This document shows, piece after piece, positions 14,401 to 25,800 of a stretch of 64,000 nucleotides of DNA. Numbering within the stretch: position 1 is the stretch's first letter; the number at the start of each line of letters is the position of its first letter. A model generated the notes under the pieces. That model did no database searches. It was not told where the DNA came from and saw nothing but the letters and a program-made list of their open reading frames with translations. The DNA is from Pocillopora damicornis. Its lineage: Eukaryota. The position numbers were made by a program, and so were the translations under genes. Where the stretch lies: the NCBI RefSeq assembly GCF_003704095.1, contig NW_020844475.1, positions 1-64,000 on the forward strand. Direction: 5' to 3'.

Positions 14401-15104
14401 CATTTCAACACCCTGAGAGGGAGTCATCATCTGAATCAAGTGAGTAGTTGTTGTCATTCTAGTGTCATAAGTCCTGTTTGTGTAAACTAACACGCCTTGG
14501 TCCAATTATGCACAGCTATACATGCACAGAACATACAGCCATCGAGGATAGCTATCTAACAAGAAGCCATTCTTTCCAACATTGGGATTGCCATGATTGC
14601 AATAAGATATCATAATAAATAAGATCTTACATAAATAAATTCTTGTTTGGTGATAATCTAGGGCCTGGTTTTCATGTGTCAGGTTTTTCTATTTCAGTGT
14701 TCCCCAACTGTCTCTGATTATTCCCACAAATTAAATCGTTGGAATCGCCAACTGTCTGAGCTGGTCAGCGACAAATCGGGAAAATTGAGAACGTTTCTAT
14801 TCTCCTTGCTAGTCTAATCCATTCCTTTAGTCGTTTGGCTTCAATGCCGCCGAGTCACAAATAAAAATGTCGTGCGAAATTATGTGGGAAAGTAGTGTGT
14901 CGATCTCTCAATATTTCGGCAAATCATGGGACGGTTGTGAAACGGTGATATCGCTGATCGTCTGGGTTTTTCTTAACATATGAAAACCAGGCTTAGCAAA
15001 GCACGTGCATGGATTCATCACTCGTGCTTACTTTAACATAGCTTCAGGTTTTGACATAAAACACGAACTATACTCACTGGGCCTTTCTCTTGTTCTGTCT
15101 CCAT
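5420..15104 (-). CDS. CLP1: Polyribonucleotide 5'-hydroxyl kinase Clp1; exons 15104-15078, 13702-13616, 11743-11630, 10805-10677, 10234-10121, 9534-9507, 9229-9191, 8830-8699, 8022-7933, 7267-7167, 7036-6898, 6638-6558, 5881-5788, 5531-5420 (428 aa)
   Basis: The spliced translation contains [25 protein letters not shown]-loop [49 protein letters not shown] and LSPAPRPLP. The exons sum to 1287 nt with continuous phase. Confidence 0.95.
7504..7715. mobile_element. piggyBac-like TTAA MITE copy
   Basis: ttaaccctttaactcccaagatctga ... gtttaatggttaa; homologous to the copies at 10291, 11953 and 12874. Confidence 0.8.
8310..8570. repeat. Dispersed ~250-bp repeat, second copy at ~15565-15810
   Basis: Shared blocks gttcagct, ataaatgcaagaaa, ttttgacaacag, ttttatttggc, gaaggggtt and agctaataaacagaaa in the same order. 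Confidence 0.75.
8948..9162. mobile_element. Related TTAA MITE subfamily copy (other copies at 2777-2930 in opposite orientation, 6712-6870 and 9743-9950)
   Basis: ttaaccctttacaccccaacatcagtatgcatattctccata matches the reverse complement of the 2890-2930 end. Internal similarity (gagaatttg...tgatcatttc..tattctc) to 6712-6870. Confidence 0.7.
10291..10502. mobile_element. piggyBac-like TTAA MITE copy
   Basis: Near-identical to 7504-7715. Confidence 0.8.
10806..11629 (-). other. U12-type (minor spliceosome) intron 3 of CLP1, AT...AA termini (AT...AC alternative 6 nt earlier)
   Basis: On the minus strand the 5' splice site reads GAA|ATATCCTTTC (11629-11620). A branch-point-like TTCCATAAC lies at 10823-10815, followed by CACATTCAA|ATCTCTGGT. 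No phase-compatible GT-AG pair was found near these positions. Confidence 0.85.
11953..12710. mobile_element. piggyBac-like MITE copy split by the LINE insertion
   Basis: The MITE 5' part (cccaagatctgattgttaattctcccctctagctg) ends at ~11995. The rest (ttggtgttagatcaa..acttct..ctgggttaa) resumes after 12540. Confidence 0.8.
11996..12540 (+). mobile_element. 5'-truncated non-LTR retrotransposon (CR1/L2-group LINE) 3' end
   Basis: ORF2 C-terminus [52 protein letters not shown], followed by an AT-rich 3' UTR ending in an (ATT)n tail. Confidence 0.9.
12874..13085. mobile_element. piggyBac-like MITE (TTAA-CCC...GGG-TTAA)
   Basis: TTAA target duplication at 12874-12877 and 13082-13085. 14-bp TIRs ccctttaaatccca / tgggaattaaaggg with one mismatch. 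Confidence 0.8.
13905..14100. mobile_element. Decayed copy of the Penelope-like terminal repeat
   Basis: taaaggggctaagtttctaaagaaactgtggtgctgcatcagt...aactgagttgat...aaagctgatgttttgag aligns to 43437-43583 with CpG transitions. Confidence 0.7.
14662..14993. mobile_element. PIF/Harbinger-like MITE in CLP1 intron 1
   Basis: TIRs ggcctggttttcat / atgaaaaccaggct flanked by a 3-bp TAG duplication (14659-14661 and 14994-14996). Confidence 0.75.
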
Positions 15105-15225
15105 TTTATCCGGGGATCAATACCATGAGAGACTTGAAAGTTAATCTTGCGAGTCCATATCGAAAATTAAAGGTAAATCTACGCCTTAACAACACTGTTA
15201 TAACAAGTCAATCGTCTCAATCTGT

Positions 15226-15235
15226 CCGCCATCTT
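15226..15235 (-). promoter_or_regulatory. YY1-type motif AAGATGGCGG in the CpG-rich bidirectional promoter region between CLP1 and the ankyrin gene
   Basis: Plus-strand ccgccatctt lies ~120 nt upstream of the CLP1 ATG, within a locally CpG-rich stretch (~14740-15960) flanked by CpG-depleted DNA. Confidence 0.5.
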
Positions 15236-15359
15236 TGAAATTTCTCTCTTCCCAGTCTCTCTCCGAATTCGTCGAACTCTTGGAAACGAGGTTGTAGTAA
15301 CCCGCGTCTGTGGCGGGAAAGTTGTGTTTATCAATGTGTAGCAATTTTCAAGGTTGACT

Positions 15360-15446
15360 ATGTTCATTTTGTGCGAGCCCGTCGCTTTTTCCTTTCACTC
15401 TGCATGGAGTTTGAAAGAAATTCACAGTTATTTAATCCATCTTAAG
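15360..15446 (+). other. Probable non-coding first exon of the ankyrin gene (5' end uncertain)
   Basis: Strong donor AAG|GTAAGG at 15446/15447 in the CpG-rich promoter. Matching acceptors at 16999 and 17037 precede the coding exon. Confidence 0.45.
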
Positions 15447-17147
15447 GTAAGGCATAAAATAAGCTTGTGAATTTGATACTCGAAAAAGTGTTAGCAAGTA
15501 TTGCTTTTAGTATCTTTCTTTGCAACGTGATTACACGTTGCAAAGATGAATTACTACCGTTTGAGGAAAGCGTTGGTTTTAATTAAGAGCAAACCTTACA
15601 AATTAAAAGTTCTCGTTCAGCTTTTGTGTTTTATAAATGCAAGAAAGATAGCTTTTAGTTTTCCGGATTTTTGACAACAGAAAAACTCGAAAAATTAGCA
15701 ATTTTCTTCTTCCGTTTTATTTGGCGAACAGAAGAATTATTTGAAGGGGTTCTGCGTAATTACTGTTTGTTTCAAGGAGCTAATAAACAGAAAGTACCTG
15801 CACAAATTAGGAGTTAAATAAGAGTAGGAATATGTCACGAGTACAGCAATTCTGTGCTACATGACTGCCAACTTAATCTCCTTGGACTTCCAAGCTTTCT
15901 TCAGTTGTCTCATAAATTAATTTATTTTTTCGAGCTTAGCTCGGAATCTTTCCAGCATTAGGATTTTTAATTTTGATCTCTTATCCTTCTAAGTTTTTTT
16001 TTTCTATTAAGAAAAAAAAATAATAAAAAGCAAGAGAGAATGATTTTGAAAGCAGGAAATTTTGCTATTTTTTCCTTTCTCTTTTTTTAACCTATTTTTT
16101 TCTTTTTTTTACAATATCTTGTTAACAAAGGTTTATAATACACAGTTTCTAACCTGGTAACAATACATTACATACAATGGATTATTCACACAACATTGCT
16201 TACAATAAACAACAATATTCTATAAATGAAGTTTACAATACAAAAGAGGGAATGAAAGACACAGAAATAGATATATAGATAGAACAGAGATGGAAACTGC
16301 TAAAATCACAAATACAAATTAATTTTTAATTCACTTAGTTACTTAATAATTCACATTAGTTACTTGCTAATGAGTTTGTTACCAAATGATAATGAGAAGA
16401 ACCATCAAGAACAGTTGTGAGCACTTGAATCTCTCAAACCAGCCACAAGAATGTTAAACACATGTTAGAATGTACTAGACTGTTCAAAAAAGTGGTTTTG
16501 TCACCACAAAAGAACCAAGAACATTCTGTTGAGCCAAAAGGTCATGGATGTACACGCACATGTATAGTGCTTTTGAATACACTTGCCTTTTTTAGCTGAT
16601 TTTTGTGACTTTTTACCACCACCCAGTGAGAATCATTACCCTTTGCAGCATTGATTGATTGAATTAATGTTCACATGTGTTCTTAATTATTCTTCTCATC
16701 AGCATTTAGTGAAAAACTCGTTAGCATATGATGAATTCAGTCTAACAAATCAATTTTGTATAATTTACTTATTACTTAAAAAACAAAAAAATTTACTTTT
16801 AATGAACATTTAGTAAAATGGGAAATTTTACTTCTTCTAAGAATTTTCTCCTAGCTCAAGGAATCTAAAACAAAGGCCAAGGGCTCATAACACAGGAATT
16901 GGAAGGAAAAATGTGTTCTTAAATTGTCAATTTCACTGTTTTTCAGTGTTCAAGAACCTGTGAAGTTTTTTCTCTCTTTTCTCTCTATTATTTTCCCAGG
17001 TTCTCCTGTTTTAACAAAAATGTTTCCTTTGTTGTAGATCACTCATGTTCCTAGTAAGAACCTTTTTTCTTTCCCCTTCCAATCTTCTCATAGAACTGTT
17101 GGAAAGTGGTTTATATTTCCCCTTAAGGTGCACACTTGGCTTTGATA

Positions 17148-20100
17148 ATGCTTCAACTGAGCCCTGTTCACAACTTGAACACTTTTTTCCGACTTGGTAT
17201 CCATTGTCTGGTTCAAGCTATCAACAGAGTTCATGTGTTTGGAGAGAAATTCATCAGTGAGGTAGCTGTTGTGGCAACAACAAAATGGAAGCTGATCTTG
17301 TTCATTGTTACAATAATGTACATTTTCTTCAAAGTACTGCAAAAGACACGTAAGTGGGTGCTGAAGGAAGTTGCTGATTCAGCCTAATATTTCACTTGAA
17401 GGCAACTTTTTGACCACATTTTAGTATAATTTATTCATAAACTGAAACTTCAGCAACTTTCTTTTCATATCACAACATTTTTTTGATACATGTACAAACT
17501 TGCACATTGTGCTGAAGAAGCCTGTTACCAGTTATAAATCAATTCTGTTACCATTTTAAGGAAAATGCTGTATATTATGGTGACGGACATACATGTAATT
17601 ATTCTCTCTTTGCACAACATGACTTTGTGTTACAGTTCACAAAGTCCTCCTTCAAAATATTTGGGAAATATTTAATTGTCAGTTAGAGACACAGTTAAGT
17701 GTTTAAGCATGGTAAGATTGTATAGTTTACCTGGCTAAGGGGGAGGAAGCCTGTTTGGATTGGTTACCAGATGGACCATCACTTATTAAAACCTGTTATC
17801 ACCTGGCAGTGGTTGCATGCCTTAGGATGGAATCTGGCTTTAACTTTTTGTAAACTATACAAATGTGAATTTTTTTTTGTAGCCAATGAACAAAAGAAAT
17901 TATCTCTAAACAAATGTTCCATTTACTATTAATGATAATTTTAGGTGAGGAGCTCAAGGCTACTGAGGAAGTAATTCTTATCACAAGATTATTTCAAATG
18001 ATCAAGGTTTGGATGCCCAATTGTATTAGCCATTTACACCATCATATTTATGATCACATATTTGCATGCAGTCAAGAAAATTACAAGTTGTTGAAAAAAT
18101 ATCTTGTGAAAAGATTGAAATTGTTTTTAAATGGTTTACTAGGACATTCAATTATTTTTCATTGAGACGTGTTGCTGATTAAGAAATTATCGCCATTTTT
18201 CTGTCATAGAACACGCAAAGGCCTGGAGTTACTACAGATATTATATCACTCATAGAAAAGCACAAGATTGATGTGAACAGGAAACACCCTAAATCAGAGT
18301 CTGGCCTAACTTTGTTTTTGGTGAGTTGTCCAAAACTGAACAATGTGTTCAGAAAAGATTGCAGCTTAGGATGTTGGGTTCAAAACAGTTGAAACTAAAT
18401 GCTACTGAGAATAATTTTAATAGTACAAAAATGTAAGGCATTATCTTTTAAAAGACAATGTACAAAGTTAGATTGTGTAATGTCAAAAGTGGTTGCCACA
18501 GAAATGGCAAGAAACTTGACAGTACCTTATTTGTTTAAGTCTCCTCAAACTTCTGTCTTGAAACTTTTCTAGTTATCCACTCTTTTGTATAATTACTGTA
18601 TATGTGCAATTTTTACTGTTGATTAATCAAGGATTTTGACTTATTATTAAGAAAACTATCTATAATGCTTATGTTTAGAGCTTATCTTTAAAAGTATGGA
18701 AACTAAGAATCCTACCTGTAGAAACTGTTTAAAATGTACCCAGGTAGAATTACAAAAAAAGTCATGAAGGAAATTTGTTTGAGACAAAAATCTGAAGATA
18801 TGAGTTTACTGCCTGGGGAAAAACGTTTGTAAAGCAAAGCTTGCTCCAACCTGATGCAATTGATATTTTATTAGTGATAGTACTTTTTAATAGATACATG
18901 TAACTAAAAATAATTTAACTATGTGCTTGGAAAAATACTTGAAATAGTAATTCAATGAAAAAAACTTACCAGATCTGTATCTTATGTATTGCTAGTGTGC
19001 CTGTTTGAGTGGGGACAATTGCCTTATTTTATACATGTTGAATAAAGGTGAGGAGTTTATCCCTTTTTTGAATTAATTAAGATATTAGTGCCTTAAGTAA
19101 AAGAATGGACAACTTTATTTCTCATAGTCTTTGATCAATATCAAACCTTTTATACTTTATCTGAATGTTCCTTGAATCAGGAGTTACCAGAAACCCTTCA
19201 CGTATCTTTGAAGAATAGGTTTAAAGTGAAAGGCAATCCTTTTTGGTGAAATAGGAGCAGGAGCTGACACTGCACTTTATTCTTTTTATATGATAAAATT
19301 GAATAACCTTTACATTTTATCTAAGAATAAATTGAAAAAGACTTGCATTTTTATAGGAGCTGATATAAATTCAAATACTTCATGCAAGGATAGTGCCCTT
19401 CATCTCGCTAGCTTTTTTTGTGGCACACAGAAGGTCTCAAACTGTCTTGGAGTTATAACCTCCTTGTTTGAAGCAGGTAAATTCCAGATGAAGAAAGCAA
19501 TACACTGATCTCAAGGTATAAATTGCATTATTTTTCTCCATCCCATCCTTGGGGCCAGGGTTATTTTGGATAGTAGACTTTCAAAGGAAAAATCTTGACA
19601 GGTTTCAATTCAAAATCAAAAAAAAGGAAAAATGCCAGGAAGTAACTAATATCAAATTATGACAGTTTTAGGCTTCCTCGTCTTAACCCTCACTTCTCAA
19701 AACAGTTTAAAGAAAAACTTAAATTTTTGGACGGACATTTCCTGAATGCTTTTGTAAATCAATTGTGGTTTTACTACGTAACGTTTTATTAAATTTGAAT
19801 TCTTTATCCTGGTTTACTTGATACAGCTGGGGGGTTGATAATACCAAGTTACGATAGAGCTGATTGACTATGCTGGTATATTTGAAAAAGAGACCCTTCT
19901 CCTACATCATTGGCCTTACCAAATAACTCAATAGTTATCATCTGTGTCAATTTTACTTTCCAGGGTGCGACATAAATTCTCAAAACTGGGTTGGTAATAC
20001 TCCTCTGACTATTGCTGCATCCTCCGGGAATTGTAACCTCGTGCAACACCTGATATCTCTAGGTATGGGTATAGTTTTCCGACTGGTGCTCGTTAACCAA

Positions 20101-21043
20101 AACCTCACAGCTTTTTTTGTAAGTTTTGTCGATTTCCCGGCATCGGGAAGGTTTCAATACATTCACGTACGTCAAATTTATGAAATTGAGTGTCTAAATT
20201 ACGACAAAGATAACAGTGGTTTTTTTTTTTGGAACTCGTTCTAAATTACGCTTAAGTCGCTGACCATGTAAACCTAACCCTAAGCAACTCTCTCCCTAAC
20301 CTTTTCTGGCATGTGCGAAATGTTTTACTTGTTGACGCGAATAGCACTCTTTTTTCGGAATTATTAGGTGCAGATAAGAGTCTTTGTACAAACGACGGAA
20401 TCTACCCCATGGACTTTGCAATAAATAGTGGTAAGTCCCTGGTCGTGTGTGGTTCCAGATTTCATGTTTTGAAACGTGGGGTGCAGATTATAACGCTATG
20501 TAGTTAAAAACGTACGTTCAATAAAGCGCTTTTTCCGCGTCCGGAATTTAATAAAACTAATAGAGTGGTTTGTTTTATTCCTCACCACGGATCGTAGGAA
20601 AGAAAAATTTATATTTCTAACACGATTAGGTGTTATCCCAAGGCTAGTCGATTAGACAATTTACTTTGGAAATAACAAAAAAGGGTTCCGCGACGCATAA
20701 AGCATTGATTACGTAATTAAGGTTGACCTCTGATATTTCGATTTTTTATCCCTTTGTTTGTTCATATCTTTTAACTGCATTAACATTGCCATCGTGACCT
20801 TTTGGAATGTTGTTAAATTCGTCTTCCCTGTGGACAGGTCATCTTGATGCAGCAAATTTGCTGGCTATTGCCGTTCCAAATCCTCATGTTTGGGACATCG
20901 TTGAACCCCATACTCCCCCAAGAGTTAAACTTGGTCTTCAGAGTCCTTGCAGGCAGCATCTGGTGAATTCTTCATTTCGAAGGAGTCGCATGGACTTCAC
21001 TAAGAAGCAACAACATACTGCACCAAGTATGATACGTTGTTAA
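17148..21043 (+). CDS. Ankyrin-repeat protein with an N-terminal hydrophobic (TM-like) segment; exons 17148-17349, 17945-18006, 18210-18320, 18996-19047, 19357-19476, 19964-20062, 20368-20430, 20838-21043 (~304 aa)
   Basis: GT-AG introns with continuous phase. Ankyrin motifs GLTLFLCAC, GADIN..DSALHLA, GCDINSQNWVGNTPLTIAA and GADKSL..GIYPMDFA..GHLDAA. Hydrophobic stretch WKLILFIVTIMYIFFKVL. The start codon is the least certain part. Confidence 0.8.
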
Positions 21044-22870
21044 AACTGTAGTGAGAGGTTATCCTACATTGTTGCATCACTCTTAGATCCTCCTACACTA
21101 ATCTCAGTAATTGCTTAGGGTTAGGAAAATATGCCACAAAGCTTGCAAAAAGAGACACATTATTCGAAATTTGTTTCTCTATCCCATTTTGGAGGTAGAT
21201 TAATTCTCTACAGGAATGTGTCTAATCCTTAATAGCTCTTAATGTTTCTCAGTCATTGTCACTGTGGATTGTTAAAATTTACAGTGAAATTTTCAGAATG
21301 ATTTGTAAAAATCGTTTGTATTACGAAAACTTCCTTCACTTTGCACATCTATCAACATCGTGAGATATTTAAAAGATTACAAGGAAGTCTTTAAACTTGG
21401 TAAGAAGATATTTGTGGTTTAGAAGGGTACTTAACTTGTCGATGATTCATTCCTTTCCGTGACCTCACGGTTGGGTGTGTTTTCCTTCGGAGACATGTCC
21501 ACTTGAAAGATATTTTCTTCTAATATGCGCATCATCAGTCAGAACGCGGAAAATTTTTATTCGGCCTTTCAATACATTTTTCACTGCGCAGCTTTTCGCT
21601 TTTTCTTTTTCTGTTAGTCAGCCCCACAAAAGAGATAGGTGGCGGAAGACAGTCTTCGTGCTCGAAACTCTAACCGAATGAATACAGACGCCTCGCGAGT
21701 CAACGCCTATTTACACGTTCAAAGGGACGAAATTGAAGTGTACCTGTTGGAGGTGTTGCTAAATTTTTTCTTTTTTTTATTATCTCTCAACTGCTCTCTT
21801 GCATTTTTGTAGAGTATACACCCACTCGTGTAATTTGACAATGGTTATTGTATTTCTCCCAAAGCGAACGATCATTAGTATTGGCCCTAACCCTACACCG
21901 CCTTTACCATTTTCCAGTTGGATTATATAAACTTCGCCCTCCAATTTAGTTACCGTAATCCTGACAAATATAATACACATCGAGTATAGTTCGTGATCTT
22001 TAGACCTCAACATTGGTCCGACATTTGCTTTAAAAAGCGAAGAGCAACAAGAAATCTCGACAAAATACATACATTTCATGATTCGTTCAAATTAGTGTAA
22101 TCAGGCATTTAGCCGCGGAGGAAAAACGGAAACCTTCTGGAGTTCATGCTATTGTTTGTAGTTTGGTGACTCCTACCTGGCATCTCAATTCTTTGAACAG
22201 AATAAATGGGCAAGAACATGTAGACACTTTTTGGCGATTCGTTAGTCAGCTCTCCGGCGACCCTTTAGAAGTTGCTGCAATTCTCGCCAATTTACAGACT
22301 AAAACAAAGAACTTCCTGTCGCACCTTTGTTATTTTTTCTTCCCAAAGCTCGTTTGGTTCAAAAGAAAGTAAACACGTTCCTTTACATGATTAACTCAAC
22401 GAAATGATTATATAAACTTAAAATCTCGCGATACAACGCTTTGTGTTGTTCTTTCGAACTCTTCCGGTGGGAAGAGTTATATTGCAAATAGAGCTGATAG
22501 TTGAAACCACGTTGTTCGACCGCAGAATGACATTTAGAAGTCATCGACAAATATTCCTTACGGCAAATACGAGCAGTTCCGCTTGTGTAGACAGCGTGTG
22601 TTTTTATGTAAATTGTGATGACTGGAGTACGAGTGTCTGTTATGTGATAAGCGCATTTGATTGGTCGGACGGAGGATCCGTTTAGAAGGTCATTGAAAAT
22701 TTCCGATTGATTAATATATGTGAGAATACCAAAGTGACCTCAAAGCCTCTTATGAAATCCTTGCTCCAGTGCGCATCTGCATAAATGAAGTAATAACAGA
22801 GCACTCAACATAGACGGACTCACACCTGGCATTCCTTCAGTGTTTCTCGAATTCCTCTAACATTGGGACC

Positions 22871-25800
22871 ATGGAAGAAACATTTTTTGTAGTACTTCTG
22901 CTTGTCAATCTCGCCCTGGTTGTCAACTGGCAAGGTATGTTGTTTCACCTCCTTTTATAAATGTTAATCAACTTTCACTTTACCACGTCAACATCGATTT
23001 CTGGTAAAATTCAGTCGCAGCCTAAGCAAATTTGCCCGGTACACGCCTTGTATGTTTCTTTTCCTTTAATATTTCGGGTCGTTTCTTCCAGTTAGCGCTT
23101 ATTAACGATAACATTTAGAAGTCATCGTAGAGCTCAACTGCACGTGACATGTTTAAGAAATGTTTACAGTGTAACTCAAAATAAAAGTGTGAGTTCGTAG
23201 TCCAAGGATTGACAAGTGATCTCAAGGTTTACATTTAAAGAAAGTTCGATAATCATTTCCCATCTAGTTTTCAAATATCTTCCTTGACATCATTAAAAGG
23301 AAAGTTCTGCTCCAACGTGCCTGCTCTCGAGTGCTTTATGGCAGCTAACAATCGAAATTAAGTAGTAATAGTAATTTGAGTTGATAAATTTGCTGTCAAA
23401 GTTGGGATCGCGAGTGAACAATTCATGTTTACAGTTTTAAGTTGCGTTAATATCCACCACAAGTATTGTAGAGATGAGCGGCACGTTTTCGACGCGTATA
23501 TTTGAAATACCGAGAGACGAACTCTTTTGCATGCTATGTCCTTCGTTGACACTAACGTCAATCTTGTCTTGTTTATCTGTTATCAGGTGGTCAAGCACAA
23601 CTCATTGGTAAGTTACTCGTTTCGAGTAGTAAGTTTCAACCCTTAATTAGCATTTGTAACATTCATCTTTCGAATCGTGTTGATGATATGAAGCCATGAA
23701 AGGAGGTAGCAATAAGGTGTCAGATCAGATTTTAAAAGTGTGTTAATAGAAAGTAGATTTGAAAAAGCAACATCCAGGAGGCGTAATACATTTTGCGTGA
23801 TAATGTCTACTGATTGGGATGTTTGATCGGCACTTAAGATTTTAATATAGTCGTATTTCGTCTTTCTGTTTTTTCACCGAGGTCAAGGTATTCTGTAAAT
23901 TTCCAGCCTGATCCTTCGGATCGAAACTAGGGGGAGGGCACCCCAGTGTCCAGTGTAAAGGAGTTATTGGTATGTGTCAAGCTAGATTGAACAGAAATTT
24001 GATGTCTTCTCCCGAAATACAGTATAGAGTTTGAATTTGTCAAGTACATGTTTGCAAGCGAATCTCTTGGTCTGAGAGGGAAAATATTAGCGCTACCCTA
24101 AATCGCAGGTGCACCCTTCTGGAACATTCGTGAAATATTATAACCGAAACACTTCAAAGTCGGTTACTCCTTTGTAATCTATACTGTTTTTCACTTGTCT
24201 GTCGGGTCGCTCCATCCTCCCGCTCATCGTGACTTTCAACATGACCCGTCAATATAATAAATCACACCTGAAATGTCCTTCATTGAAAACTGTTTAAGAT
24301 TTAAGTGCATAAATGGCTCAGTAAGAGGCCTGCACACAAGTCAATTTTGATATTTGCACAGCTCATTTTAACTATACAAGTCAAATGTCGTGTGGGAATT
24401 TTAAAGCTAGAAGACATCCTTCAAACGGAACTTTTAGGGCAGATTGGTTCGTTTAAAATTGAATTAATCGAAACCTTTGTGTATGGTCGATCAGAAGGAT
24501 AACTCGCTCAGTGGGGGCATATTAGAAATGCAAAAAACTCGGTTAAAGAATTGCGCAAACAAGATCATCTTGTCAGATATGTAAATCAAGTGAGGCCAGG
24601 TATGCTACGCTAATTTAGTTTATCGTCGCATATCTGGCCTCACTTGATTTACACGTCTGACTTTATAGCACTATGCTACTCAAGGACAACATTGAACTCT
24701 TGATAAAGCTAATCTTGGTTTTCCTAATTAAATAACAAAAGCCGTTATCGATGTCTTAATGCTTAGTAGATATGTGCTTAGGAGTAACTCTTGTAAGAGG
24801 CCACCCAGTGTATTCTGTTTCCTTATCCTTTTTTTTTTTGTCCCAATGGTCTAGGACTTAATTTTACCAAGAATATTGCGGAATTTCTCACAAAGTTTTG
24901 TCTTCGGTTAGAGCTGAAATATCTTGGGAAGAGTGCGTGTGGTTTTAAAGGCAAATTTGCAGCCTGATTGTATCCCTCTGCGTTGAAATAGGTGTTAACG
25001 CACCTCGTCTCAAAAAATATTTCTTTTCATTTTGCATTCGCCCAAGATATATTGTTAAGGTGGATTAAGATTAGCACGTTTTGCATTATTTGAAAGGTAT
25101 AGTGAGAATAATAATGCAATCAATTTTTTCAATTCCTAATTACGTTGTTTTTATTACCCTCACTTTGTTCTTTAAACCCCCAACTGCTTTTCTCCAGAAT
25201 TGTTTATTCTATTGAGAGCGGGTTTGTGTACTGATAAGTTAATGATTTTCTCTGTTTTGTCTTCATTTCATTTGCTTCTGCTTTGTTCAGATCAGGCTAT
25301 TTTTGCATCTAAGTTGTTACGACAATATTTATACATTTTGAATCAAAAATCGCAAGAGGTAAATTATCACACCTTTAAGTAAGAACAAAAATTATTCGGC
25401 ATATACAAAGGTTGAAACTAAACTTATCGGCTTGTACTGATTTCTTTCAGATGACTGTGGCGGACTTATCGAAGGGAGAGGTGGTATCATACAGACACCA
25501 AATTATCCTTTGAACTACCCAGTGGATAAAGTTTGCGCATGGGTTGTTAAAACCGAACCGGGTGACAAAGTCGTGCTTACTTTTGAAACGTTTGCCCTGG
25601 AAGACAACTCTGTTTGCCAATACGATTACGTTATTATAAGGGATGGTTCGACCTCCAAAAGCCCTATGATTGGGAAGTTTTGCGGCACAAGCAGACCAGC
25701 CACCATTACCTCTACGGGCAATTTCCTTTGGATTGGTTTCCGATCAGATTCGTCCACTACCAAACAGGGCTTCAAAGCAATGTGGAAGGCAGAAAAGCTT

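Noticed and set aside
14390-14460. Second possible Penelope-type hammerhead remnant on the minus strand
   Set aside because: Core positions are too decayed to support from the sequence alone.
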